A stretch of 64,000 nucleotides of DNA from a bacterium (GTDB lineage Bacteria; Patescibacteriota; Minisyncoccia; JAUYLV01): assembly GCA_030649025.1 (NCBI GenBank), contig JAUSGO010000022.1, forward strand, positions 9,023 through 73,022, given 5' to 3'. The translations under genes were made by a program, and so were the position numbers. The notes under the pieces are model-generated. The model saw only the letters and a program-made list of their open reading frames with translations. It did not search any database and was not told the DNA's origin. This document shows positions 7,755-16,488 of this stretch, piece by piece (position 1 is the first letter of the stretch; the number at the start of each line of letters is the position of its first letter).

Positions 7755-8213
7755 ATGGGAAAGAAAAAAATTTTTGCGCCGACAACGGAAGAATCGCTGA
7801 AAGAAGGCGAGGCGCTTGAGGCGAAGGCCGCAAGCGTAAAGGAGCGGACGTCTTCGGTCCGACGGTCGTACTCGCAAGGAATTGCTCACGTTCACGCGAG
7901 CTACAACAATACCATTATTTCTTTGACGGACACGGATGGCAACGTTCTGGCGTGGGCTTCAAGTGGCGCGCTCGGGTTTAAGGGTCCGAAGAAAGCAACG
8001 CCGTATAGCGCTATGCGCGTTGCCGATGCGCTTGCTTCAAAAACCATGAAATTAGGATTGCGGGATATTCGAGTGGAGGTCAGTGGCATTGGAGCTGGAC
8101 GGGAGGCGGCTTTGAGAGGGCTTGCTGCTGCCGGATACAATATTCTTTCCATTGAAGATACAACGCCTTTGCCGCATAACGGATGCAAACCGCCAAGACC
8201 CAGAAGGGTATAA
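7755..8213 (+). CDS. rpsK: 30S ribosomal protein S11
   Basis: GIAHVHASYNNTIISLTDTDGNVLAWASSGALGFKGPKKATPYSAMRVA...VRVEVSGIGAGREAALRGL matches the S11 signature. Confidence 0.85.
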   Translation: MGKKKIFAPTTEESLKEGEALEAKAASVKERTSSVRRSYSQGIAHVHASYNNTIISLTDTDGNVLAWASSGALGFKGPKKATPYSAMRVADALASKTMKLGLRDIRVEVSGIGAGREAALRGLAAAGYNILSIEDTTPLPHNGCKPPRPRRV

Positions 8214-8330
8214 ATCAAAAGTCAAAAATCAAAAGTCAAAATTAAGGAGTGAAAGTTTTTCTTGCGAGAAAAACTTTCACGATATTCCAAAGTTTTGCAT
8301 TTTGAATTTTGCATTTTGAACTTGCTAAGT
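8214..8330 (-). repeat. Family-2 hairpin element, copy 2 (inverted orientation)
   Basis: The reverse complement of copy 1 almost base-for-base (GTGAAAGTTTTTCTTGCGAGAAAAACTTTCAC). It sits between rpsK and rpsD and ends at the rpsD ATG. Confidence 0.65.
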
Positions 8331-8960
8331 ATGGCTCGCTATACCGGTCCAAAAGATAAAAAATCGCGCGCAGCTCAAACAAAGCTCTTCCTTCGCGGAG
8401 AGCGGGATTTTTCGCCTAAATCGGGTTTTACCCGCCGCCCTTATCCGCCCGGCATGCACGGATCTAAAAGGAAACGTCCGAAGTCCGAATTCGGAACGCA
8501 ACTTCTGGAAAAGCAAAAAGTAAAATGGGTATATGGAATTTTAGAACGCCAGTTCCGGCGTTATGTGGAAGAAGCAACGCGGCACAAAGGCATAACCGGA
8601 GAGATGCTTGTGCAGAGGCTCGAGCATCGTCTTGATAATGTTATCTATCGTACGGGATTTGCGCCCTCAAGGAACGCAGCGCGTCAATTGGTGAGCCATG
8701 GCCATATTACGGTGAACGGCAAAAAGGTTTCCATACCTTCCTTCGAAGTTCGTATGGGCGACGTTGTCGGCATCCGCACACTAAGCCGGCCAAAGAAGAT
8801 TTTTGGCGAGCTTACACTTCGTTTGAAGAAATATGCACCGCCGTCATGGCTATCTCTGGACAAAGAAAAGCTTGAAGGAACGGTCAGCGGGGCTCCCACA
8901 ATTGCGGATGCGGCCATTCCCGCGGATATTCAGAAGATTATTGAGTTTTACTCTAGATAA
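8331..8960 (+). CDS. rpsD: 30S ribosomal protein S4
   Basis: Begins MARYTGPK (the canonical S4 N-terminus). YGILERQFRRY and an S4 RNA-binding domain (LDNVIYRTGFAPSRNAARQLVSHGHITVNGKKV) are present. The longer upstream in-frame stretch lies inside a repeat element and is discounted. Confidence 0.85.
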   Translation: MARYTGPKDKKSRAAQTKLFLRGERDFSPKSGFTRRPYPPGMHGSKRKRPKSEFGTQLLEKQKVKWVYGILERQFRRYVEEATRHKGITGEMLVQRLEHRLDNVIYRTGFAPSRNAARQLVSHGHITVNGKKVSIPSFEVRMGDVVGIRTLSRPKKIFGELTLRLKKYAPPSWLSLDKEKLEGTVSGAPTIADAAIPADIQKIIEFYSR

Positions 8961-9035
8961 CAAATAACAAAAAACAAATAACAAAAAACAAATCTGCTTC
9001 CTGCTATTTGCTACTTGTTATTTGCTGTTTGAGAT

Positions 9036-10025
9036 ATGCAAATCATTCTTCTTCCCGAGCCTCCAAAAATTGTTAAAAAGAAAGGGAATCGGGCACAGAT
9101 ACATATTACGGGATGTTCTCCCGGTTACGGCATGACGCTGGGAAATGCCCTGCGGAGAGTTTTACTTTCATCGCTTCCCGGGGCAGCCATCACCGGTATT
9201 AAAATAAAGGGTGTTTCGCATGAATTTGTAGCGATCCCGGGAGTTATGGAAGACGCAACCATTCTCATGCTTAACCTAAAACAGGTTCGATTTTTGATGC
9301 ATGCAGAAGAGGGGACTTTTCGCGTTACTCTCTCAAAGAAGGGCAAAGGAGAGGTGAAGGCGGGAGATATCCAGACTTCCTCGGATCTTGAAGTCGCCAA
9401 TCCCGAGCTACATCTTGCAACCCTTACCTCTGGCGATGCGGAGCTGGAAATGGAACTCGAAGTGGAGAAGGGGCTCGGATACGTTCCTGTTGAAGAACAC
9501 CGGAGAGAGAAGGTAGAAGTGGGTCTTATCGCACTGGACGCGCTTTTCTCGCCCATTAAGAGGGTTAATTATGAGGTTGAAAACATGCGAATCGGCGATC
9601 GAACGGATTTCAACCGCATTCGCTTCGATATTGAAACCGATGGCACCATGAGCCCGGAAGCCGCGTTCAGCCGTGCAGTGGAGATCCTTGTCGAACATTT
9701 TGAACGGCTCAGAGAGCTTCGGGGAGCAGATGCGCTTATCGATGTAGCGGGTGCAGAATCTTCTCAGGAAGGCATGGGGCCGAAAGGAGAAACGGAAAAA
9801 CTCCAAGGGGTAAGTTCATCGACTGAGGAAGGAGGAATTGCGGATTTGAAGCTGAAAACAAGAATAGCTCATGCTCTTGAGACTGCGCATCTAAGAACCA
9901 TTCAGGATATAACGGCGAAGACGGAAGACGAATTGCTTGCGACCGAAGGCCTTGGAGAAAAAGCGGTGAAAGAGATTAAGAAAGCCATCGGGAAAATGGG
10001 GTTGACGTTAGCGGAGAAGAAGTAA
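9036..10025 (+). CDS. rpoA: DNA-directed RNA polymerase subunit alpha
   Basis: The N-terminal domain (GYGMTLGNALRRVLLSSLPGAAITGIKIKGVSHEF) and the C-terminal HhH domain (AHALETAHLRTIQDITAKTEDELLATEGLGEKAVKEIK) are both recognisable. Confidence 0.85.
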   Translation: MQIILLPEPPKIVKKKGNRAQIHITGCSPGYGMTLGNALRRVLLSSLPGAAITGIKIKGVSHEFVAIPGVMEDATILMLNLKQVRFLMHAEEGTFRVTLSKKGKGEVKAGDIQTSSDLEVANPELHLATLTSGDAELEMELEVEKGLGYVPVEEHRREKVEVGLIALDALFSPIKRVNYEVENMRIGDRTDFNRIRFDIETDGTMSPEAAFSRAVEILVEHFERLRELRGADALIDVAGAESSQEGMGPKGETEKLQGVSSSTEEGGIADLKLKTRIAHALETAHLRTIQDITAKTEDELLATEGLGEKAVKEIKKAIGKMGLTLAEKK

Positions 10026-10027
10026 AC

Positions 10028-10158
10028 AGCGGAACGAATCCCGTTAGAGGCCGCGGTCGCTAACGAGGGTCTGCATGAAATAAGATTTTTAACGAATTTT
10101 TAATAGTTTATCAAGGTGTTTCGGTTGTAAAAGACCGCGACCTGCCTCTAACGGGATG
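10028..10158 (+). repeat. Family-1 ~131-bp palindromic intergenic element, copy A (MITE-like)
   Basis: Terminal inverted repeats ATCCCGTTAGAGGCCGCGGTC ... GACCGCGACCTGCCTCTAACGGGAT. Its last bases supply the rplQ ATG. It is almost identical to the copy at 23425..23555. Confidence 0.7.
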
Positions 10159-10503
10159 AATAAACGTAAAGTTGGACGGACATTTTCAAGAAAACGAGAC
10201 GTACGCAAGGCTTTCTTGCGCGATCTTTCGCGCTCCATGGTTTTGCATGGAAGAATACAGACAACCGATGCGCGCGCAAGGGAGCTAAGAAGAATTGTGG
10301 AAAGGCTGGTAACGCACGCCAAGAAAGAAACGCTTGCGAGCCGGAGGTATCTCGTTGCGGCTCTCGGCAAAGATGTTGCGAAAAAATTCATTGATGAGAC
10401 GGAAAAAAAGTTTTCAACAAGGAATGGCGGCTACACACGTATCATAAAACAAGAGTCGCGTAAGAGCGATGGGGCAAAGCTCGCTATTATCGAATTTGTT
10501 TAA
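10156..10503 (+). CDS. rplQ: 50S ribosomal protein L17
   Basis: RDLSRSMVLHGRIQTTDARARELRRIVERLVT...NGGYTRIIK is characteristic of L17. Its ATG lies inside the 3' end of family-1 repeat copy A. Confidence 0.85.
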   Translation: MNKRKVGRTFSRKRDVRKAFLRDLSRSMVLHGRIQTTDARARELRRIVERLVTHAKKETLASRRYLVAALGKDVAKKFIDETEKKFSTRNGGYTRIIKQESRKSDGAKLAIIEFV

Positions 10504-10513
10504 ATCATTATTC

Positions 10514-10915
10514 ATGAATTCGGAATCCTCTCAAACTACTATAAACGCTCAAGGGAAAATGCTTGGACGGCTCGCAAGCCGGGTTGCATATCTCCTGCAG
10601 GGCAAAAACCTTCCCGCATACCGGCCCGAAAGAAGAGAAAGCGCAATGCTCACTGTCTATAACGTGGATCAGGTGGGCTTGAGCGGAAAGAAAGCCGCCT
10701 ACGGCGTGCGCATACATCATAGCGGTTATCCCGGTGGCCTTAAGCGTATTTCGGTAAAAAAAATTCTCGAAAAAGATCCCCGCATATTACTGAGACGGGC
10801 GGTACACGGCATGCTCGCGCATAATCGTCTACGTTCTCGACTCATGAGAAGGCTCACGCTTTTGAGGGGGTCTTTGGAAAAATCCCAGGACAAAAAATTT
10901 GATAAGAACCCGTAA
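10514..10915 (+). CDS. rplM: 50S ribosomal protein L13
   Basis: INAQGKMLGRLASRVAYLLQGKNLPAYRPE...VYNVDQVGLSGKK...HSGYPGGLK matches L13. The start was taken at the internal Met after the rplQ stop. Confidence 0.8.
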   Translation: MNSESSQTTINAQGKMLGRLASRVAYLLQGKNLPAYRPERRESAMLTVYNVDQVGLSGKKAAYGVRIHHSGYPGGLKRISVKKILEKDPRILLRRAVHGMLAHNRLRSRLMRRLTLLRGSLEKSQDKKFDKNP

Positions 10916-11554
10916 TTGAGGAAATCACATATGAAAAAAGCGCAGATCAAAATATCTAAAAAACCAGGCCTAGGGAAAGAGTCCAAAAAGGCTTTGCCTA
11001 AAAAAACGGCTGCTTCAAAAAAAACAGCAGAAAAAAAATCTGCTGAAGGATCGGATCTTTCGCAAATTCCGGCGGCAAGCTCTACGGTGAAAAAGGAGGT
11101 TGTGTCGGTTGCTCAAAAGCCTTCTGTAGGATTAAAACCGAAGCCCGAGAAGTATTTTGAGGGATTGGGACGCCGCAAACGGGCAACGGCCCGGGTCCGG
11201 CTCTACACTTCAAATCCGCAGAATTCCGCAGAAGCGGGAAATATTGAGGTAGAAGGCAAACCGTATAAAACATACTTTCCAGGCGAACGGCTTTTCCTCA
11301 TTGTTGAAGATCCACTCAAGAAACTGAAGTCAATGAACCGTTTCCGCGCGACGGTGCGTGTTGCTGGCGGAGGCACTCATGCGCAAGCCGAAGCCGTCCG
11401 GCACGGCCTTTCGCGCGCACTTACTCTTTTTGATCAAAACTTCCGCAAGCGTCTGAAGCGTGCCGGATTTTTGAAGCGCGATCCTCGCGAGAAAGAGCGC
11501 AAGAAATACGGACTGAAGAAGGCTCGGCGTCGTCCGCAGTGGGCAAAGAGGTAG
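10916..11554 (+). CDS. rpsI: 30S ribosomal protein S9 with a Lys-rich N-terminal extension
   Basis: The C-terminal half (GLGRRKRATARVRL...GGGTHAQAEAVRHGLSRAL...KRDPREKERKKYGLKKARRRPQWAKR) is canonical S9. The N-terminal ~90 aa is a K/A/S-rich low-complexity stretch. Confidence 0.8.
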   Translation: MRKSHMKKAQIKISKKPGLGKESKKALPKKTAASKKTAEKKSAEGSDLSQIPAASSTVKKEVVSVAQKPSVGLKPKPEKYFEGLGRRKRATARVRLYTSNPQNSAEAGNIEVEGKPYKTYFPGERLFLIVEDPLKKLKSMNRFRATVRVAGGGTHAQAEAVRHGLSRALTLFDQNFRKRLKRAGFLKRDPREKERKKYGLKKARRRPQWAKR

Positions 11555-11604
11555 AGTAGTTTTTATTGCCCCGTCTTCGCCCATCCATACGAAAAAACAC
11601 AATC

Positions 11605-11633
11605 AAAGCGCCCCAGCGGGCGCTTTGTTGTTT
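11605..11633 (+). terminator. Intrinsic terminator after rpsI
   Basis: aaaGCGCCC-cagc-GGGCGCttt followed by gttgttt. Confidence 0.6.
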
Positions 11634-11918
11634 GGCGCTCGGCATTACTCGTCCCGGAGTACCGGGACACCATGCCCGCAATGCCTCCGCGACATTTTTC
11701 GTTTATGGATAGGCTCGGAGGCAATAAAAACTAAAGAGAGAGGTATGTTTTATAAGGAGTTCCGCTAGCTCACTGCCCTTCGGGCAGATCGGCTTTGCCG
11801 ATTGAGCCAGCGATTTTAGTATTTACAGTCGTTTTTTTAGTTTCCCAACTGCCGATTTTTTGTTTGAAAACAAAAGTGCGGCACAATGGATGTGCCGCGC
11901 TCTCTTTTTCGAGAGTAG

Positions 11919-12143
11919 TTAGGACTTAGCCATGGTCTGGATCTTCTTCCAACGTCTTTCGTTAGATGAAAGCCATAGCAGGAAGAGAGTGAAAGGATAG
12001 AAAACTGTCGCTCTTTTTCCGGATGGCCAGGGCTTTCCCTGCGTGAAAAGAGATGCGGCAATGTGTGGTATGGCGATAATGTAAACCGCAAGACCGCCGA
12101 CGTAAAGACCAAACAAAAACACCAAGATTGTGAAGATTGTCAA
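11919..12143 (-). CDS. Hypothetical small membrane protein
   Basis: 74-aa ORF that is strongly hydrophobic (2 predicted TM helices). It has no motif support. Confidence 0.25.
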   Translation of the reverse strand: MTIFTILVFLFGLYVGGLAVYIIAIPHIAASLFTQGKPWPSGKRATVFYPFTLFLLWLSSNERRWKKIQTMAKS

Positions 12144-12462
12144 GGCATTCTCCTTTCTATCAGCATATGAAACATAGCACGGTGTTTCATTTCTGTCAAA
12201 TTATTAAATTACTGGCTCAATCGCGAAGCGATTCCGCAATATGTGGACGAGTCAGCGGAACTCCTACTTAAAAATATTTTCTTTCTTTTTAGGTTTTGTT
12301 GTATGTGAGCATGGTTATATAAGAAAAGCGTCTCGGAGCGCCGTGAGCATGGCTTCCCGCCAAAGACGGGAATCGCGGCGCGAGAGCCGAGCAGTGTTTT
12401 GTCGCAGGACAAAACGACCGCGACTTTTCGGTGTAACCATGCGAACAACAAACAATAAAACC

Positions 12463-13911
12463 TTACTTCTCTTCCGGTCTCCAGGAGAAGAATGCAAGAT
12501 GTTCCTGGGCCGTGAAGAAAAGGCCTTCACGCGTGATGGAACGAAGCGCGATATCCCCATTGCGCACAAGTTCAATAGTGTTTCGCTTACCTCCCCGATC
12601 GTCCAATTCAATTGCAAAAAGGCCGTCAGGCACGGTGTAAAGAATATAGTCTCCGGATGTTGGGTGCCACTGTGCTTCTTTTACGCCCGTCCCGAATCGC
12701 CCAACAAGCATCACTTCGCCGTTTTTATGAATCGGTTGAGTGAGTATATCGTCAAAATAATGCACCCATAGCTCATTCCATGTTTTCGTAAGCATCTTTT
12801 TCCCGTCCGGAGATATTCTGAAGGATTCTACGCCTTTTTGTACATCCCGAAGCTTGCCGTCCCTATCTGCGAGCCGAACCGTTCCGTCTTTGCTGCCCTC
12901 GGGAATGACGAGAAATGCCAAAGCGTTATCCGGTAGCGTTTCAATAAAAAGTTTCGCGGGGACGGTGCGTCCATCAACAGGCATAGTGGATATCTGGGTT
13001 TTTGCAGTACCATCGGCGGTATACGCAAAGAGCATTGGCGGATATCCCTCTAATGTGTAAAGCCTGTCATTGTGAACGGCAAAACCCCATGCCGACGCGC
13101 TTGCGCGCGTTGGGATCTCACTTGAGAGGTTTTTCCATCGCCAGAGCGTCTGATGGGCATCAAGGAATACTACGTGCTCTTTATCTGTGAAAGCCGCTTT
13201 TTGCAGTTTGTCGGACGGACTGGGGAACTTCGGCATGGCGCGCAGATCATAGGGTTTGTCGAGTGATACCGTAAAAAGAGAAGGTAATGTTCCCTTCCGT
13301 TCCTTTTTGAACATGAGCGTTCGGTCATCCGGAGAGAATGACTCCAGTGTAGTTTTTGGGTTTAGGGAGGCGCGCGTCTGTTTTTTTTCGGCATAAACCG
13401 TATTTTGTTCCGAAGGCTTCTTAGTATTGATAAGTACTATCCAAGAGGTAATACTTCCCTCGCTTACCACGACAGCTTCTTTGGCATCCGGAGAGACGAG
13501 CGAATCGGCAATACTTGTGAAGTACAGGGTTTTTGGTTTGGACTCGGCAAAAAGGAAAATAGAGCGGGCTTCGGTCACCTGGCGGGGACGCACGGTGAGT
13601 TTTTTGACCCACGGCACATAGCCGAGTTTTTCCACGCGGACGTCATACTCGCCCGGTAAGATATTGGAAATGAGACTGGGTTTTGTGAGCACATCTCCAA
13701 AAACACCTGGCGTATAGCCGCGTTTTATGCCATTAACCGAAATAATTGCGCCTTCCGGATCTGATTTTATAAAGATCGCTCCGGTGGCAACGAACTTTTT
13801 TTTGACAAAATCAAACCGATATCCGCGCGCAAAAAGCACGAGTGCGGGGGATGTCACGGCAAATACGATAAAACAGCTCCAAAATAATATTTGTCGGGTC
13901 TTTCGTGTCAT
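12463..13911 (-). CDS. PEGA domain-containing membrane-anchored protein with a C-terminal beta-propeller-like region
   Basis: An N-terminal TM, then IFIKSDPEGAIISVNGIKRGYTPGV, a canonical PEGA motif. The remainder is beta-rich repeats. Confidence 0.6.
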   Translation of the reverse strand: MTRKTRQILFWSCFIVFAVTSPALVLFARGYRFDFVKKKFVATGAIFIKSDPEGAIISVNGIKRGYTPGVFGDVLTKPSLISNILPGEYDVRVEKLGYVPWVKKLTVRPRQVTEARSIFLFAESKPKTLYFTSIADSLVSPDAKEAVVVSEGSITSWIVLINTKKPSEQNTVYAEKKQTRASLNPKTTLESFSPDDRTLMFKKERKGTLPSLFTVSLDKPYDLRAMPKFPSPSDKLQKAAFTDKEHVVFLDAHQTLWRWKNLSSEIPTRASASAWGFAVHNDRLYTLEGYPPMLFAYTADGTAKTQISTMPVDGRTVPAKLFIETLPDNALAFLVIPEGSKDGTVRLADRDGKLRDVQKGVESFRISPDGKKMLTKTWNELWVHYFDDILTQPIHKNGEVMLVGRFGTGVKEAQWHPTSGDYILYTVPDGLFAIELDDRGGKRNTIELVRNGDIALRSITREGLFFTAQEHLAFFSWRPEEK

Positions 13912-13935
13912 TATACCCTATGATACACTAAAACC

Positions 13936-15216
13936 ATGCCGCAAGAGAAATTCGTCATTCGGGGAGGCAAAAACCTTTCCGGAACTATCAGGGTCAAGGG
14001 GGCGAAAAATAACGCCCTCAAAGTTTTAGCCGCATCCCTATTGAGCAAAGAGCTGTGGACGATTACGCGCGTGCCTTTCGTGGAAGACGTCTTGCGGACT
14101 TTGGAGCTTTTGCGGGCGCTCGGCGTTGAGGTAAGCGACACGTTGTCGGGAGGAGATATTGTAACGCTCCGGGCGAAAAACATTATCTCAACAACGCTCG
14201 ATACAGAAGTTTCCAAACGAATCCGCGCCTCCATGGTGCTTACCGGTCCGCTCCTTGCGCGGATGGGTGAAGTCGTGTTTCCGCACCCGGGCGGGTGCGT
14301 CATCGGCGAGCGTCCGATAGACATTTTTTTAAAAGGTTATGAAGCGCTTGGCGCTTCGGTAGAGTTGTCGAAGGGATTCTATCATCTCCGGGCAAAAAAC
14401 GGCCTTCGAGGATCATCCATTTTTTTTCCGGTCGTTTCCGTGACTGCCACGGAAACGCTCATGATGGCTGCCGTTCTTGCCCGCGGCACGACCATGCTGA
14501 AAAATGCCGCAATGGAACCGGAAGTGGCGGCGTTAGCGGATTTCTTGAATGCGTGCGGCGCTCGTATTTCGGGGCACGGCACGCCCCACATCGCCATAGA
14601 AGGCGTTTCGGAACTTGGCGGCGGAACGTTTCAGGTCATTCCTGACCGAATAGAAGCCGGCTCTTTTGCGCTTATGGCGGGGGCAACCCGGAGCCGCCTT
14701 ACCGTTGCCGATTGCAATCCGGCGCATCTTGACGCTCTCATCTCCTTACTGCAAGATACGGGAGTAGAAGTGGAGAAGACGGAATCGAGCTTAACGGTAG
14801 ATGCCACGGGGCGCAAGAACTTAAAAGCAAGGTCAATTATTACACACGAATATCCTGGTTTTGTCACGGACCTGCAGGCGCCTGCCGCGGTATTTCTCAC
14901 ACAACTGGAAGGAGAGAGCCGGGTATTCGAGACTATTTTTGAAGGACGGCTCAACTGGACCCAAGAACTGGTACGCATGGGAGCGCGGATCACGGTCGCC
15001 GACCCGCACCGAATTTTCGTCAATGGTCCGGCACAGCTCCGCGGGCGGGAGATTACCAGCCCCGATATCCGCGCAGGCATGGCATTGATCATAGCCGGAC
15101 TTATCGCGGAGGGAGAAACCACGGTCCATAATATTTACCAAATTGACCGCGGATACGAAAAAATAGAAGAGCGGCTACGAGGGATAGGGGCGGATATACA
15201 GCGAGTGAACGCTTAA
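13936..15216 (+). CDS. murA: UDP-N-acetylglucosamine 1-carboxyvinyltransferase
   Basis: EPSP-synthase fold. GAKNNALKVLAASLL, the active-site Cys loop PHPGGCVIGERPIDIF, and full length (426 aa). Confidence 0.85.
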   Translation: MPQEKFVIRGGKNLSGTIRVKGAKNNALKVLAASLLSKELWTITRVPFVEDVLRTLELLRALGVEVSDTLSGGDIVTLRAKNIISTTLDTEVSKRIRASMVLTGPLLARMGEVVFPHPGGCVIGERPIDIFLKGYEALGASVELSKGFYHLRAKNGLRGSSIFFPVVSVTATETLMMAAVLARGTTMLKNAAMEPEVAALADFLNACGARISGHGTPHIAIEGVSELGGGTFQVIPDRIEAGSFALMAGATRSRLTVADCNPAHLDALISLLQDTGVEVEKTESSLTVDATGRKNLKARSIITHEYPGFVTDLQAPAAVFLTQLEGESRVFETIFEGRLNWTQELVRMGARITVADPHRIFVNGPAQLRGREITSPDIRAGMALIIAGLIAEGETTVHNIYQIDRGYEKIEERLRGIGADIQRVNA

Positions 15217-15342
15217 AAATTCAAAAATCAAAATTCAAAAATAAAAATTTTTGAGTCTTGTGAAAGTTTCAGTTTATCAAAACTTTCACGCCTTCACCGT
15301 TTTGCATTTTACATTGTCATTTTCCATTTTGAGATTTACACT
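15217..15342 (+). repeat. Family-2 hairpin element, copy 3 (diverged)
   Basis: GTGAAAGTTT-cagtttatca-AAACTTTCAC with the same CAAAA-rich arms. It sits between murA and mreB. Confidence 0.55.
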
Positions 15343-16359
15343 TTGAACTTTTTTATGCCAAAAAAACTCGGTATTGATCTTGGAACCGCAAACACGCTGG
15401 TATTCGTGCCCAAAAAAGGCGTGATTATCAATGAGCCTTCCGTTGTTGCGGTTTCCCGAGACGACAATCGCATACTTGCGGTGGGGAATGAAGCCAAAGA
15501 GATGCTCGGCAGATCTCCAGATTTTATCGTGGTTACGCGCCCTATGCGCGATGGAGTTATTGCAAATTATCGGGTTACCGAGGCCATGCTACGTTATTTT
15601 ATCCGCAAAGCATCGGGTCCCATAAGCTTTTTCAAGCCGGAAGTGATCATATCGGTGCCGGCGGGCATTACGTCTACGGAACGAAGGGCTGTTATTGAGG
15701 CTGCTATATCAGCAGGAGCAAAGGCCGCATATATTGTAAAAGAGCCTCTGCTTGCGGCCATCGGGGCGGGACTTCCGGTACAGAATTCCTCCGGACATCT
15801 GGTGGTGAACATCGGTGGCGGAACAAGCGAGGTCGCAGTCATAGCGCTTTCCGGCATTGTTACCTGGGCATCGGTGCGTGTTGCGGGGGATAAAATCGAC
15901 CGCGCCATCGTGGACTATATCAAACACAGCCACAATGTCGCAATCGGTGAGCGGACGGCCGAAGAGGTAAAAATACTCATCGGGGCTGCCGTTGAGAGTT
16001 CGGAGAATAGTGTTGCCGAGATTCGCGGAAGGGATCTTGTTGACGGCCTTCCTAAAACCATAGAGGTTACCACGAACGATATTGTACATGCCATTTCCGA
16101 TGAATTGCATGACATTTTACGGACGGTGAAGCAAGTTCTTGCGCAAACACCCCCGGAACTTTCCGCCGATATTCTCGACAAAGGCATGATGCTTTCGGGA
16201 GGCGGAGCGTTGCTTCGCGGCATAGGTGAATTTTTATCACACGGTACGGGAATCTCTGCAACGGTGGCCCCTGAACCTCTTTTTTGCGTAGCCAAGGGCA
16301 CGGGACATGTACTGAATAACCTTGAACTCTACAAACGTGCGGTGATGACCAAACGCTAG
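15343..16359 (+). CDS. mreB: Rod shape-determining protein MreB (the start may be the Met at 15355)
   Basis: LGIDLGTANTLVFV, DGVIANY and NIGGGTSEVAVIALSGIV actin-fold motifs. Confidence 0.85.
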   Translation: MNFFMPKKLGIDLGTANTLVFVPKKGVIINEPSVVAVSRDDNRILAVGNEAKEMLGRSPDFIVVTRPMRDGVIANYRVTEAMLRYFIRKASGPISFFKPEVIISVPAGITSTERRAVIEAAISAGAKAAYIVKEPLLAAIGAGLPVQNSSGHLVVNIGGGTSEVAVIALSGIVTWASVRVAGDKIDRAIVDYIKHSHNVAIGERTAEEVKILIGAAVESSENSVAEIRGRDLVDGLPKTIEVTTNDIVHAISDELHDILRTVKQVLAQTPPELSADILDKGMMLSGGGALLRGIGEFLSHGTGISATVAPEPLFCVAKGTGHVLNNLELYKRAVMTKR

Positions 16360-16488
16360 ACTTTTGTTTTTGGCGGATTTCTTCGTTGACTGCTTCGGTG
16401 CTCGACGCTGTACTTTCTAAGTACAGCTTACTCTGCTCCTCGCAGGTCGCCTCGAACTCCGCTCAAAAACAAAAGCCTAGAAATCCGT

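Noticed and set aside
8262-8330. N-terminal extension of rpsD (MREKLSRYSKVLHFEFCILNLLS)
   Set aside because: It lies inside family-2 repeat copy 2. The canonical S4 N-terminus MARYTGPK begins at 8331.
10089-10391. 100-aa minus-strand ORF, and the similar 23516..23791 ORF, sharing IPLEAGRGLL
   Set aside because: Both are read-through translations of the family-1 repeat element, antisense to rplQ and to the BNR gene. The shared peptide reflects the repeated DNA and is not a gene.
12241-12771. 176-aa plus-strand ORF
   Set aside because: It overlaps the PEGA-domain gene on the opposite strand by ~300 nt and has low-complexity Arg-rich translation.
14631-15122. 163-aa minus-strand ORF
   Set aside because: It is antisense to murA. 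It is Ser/Arg-rich and typical of a GC-skewed shadow frame.
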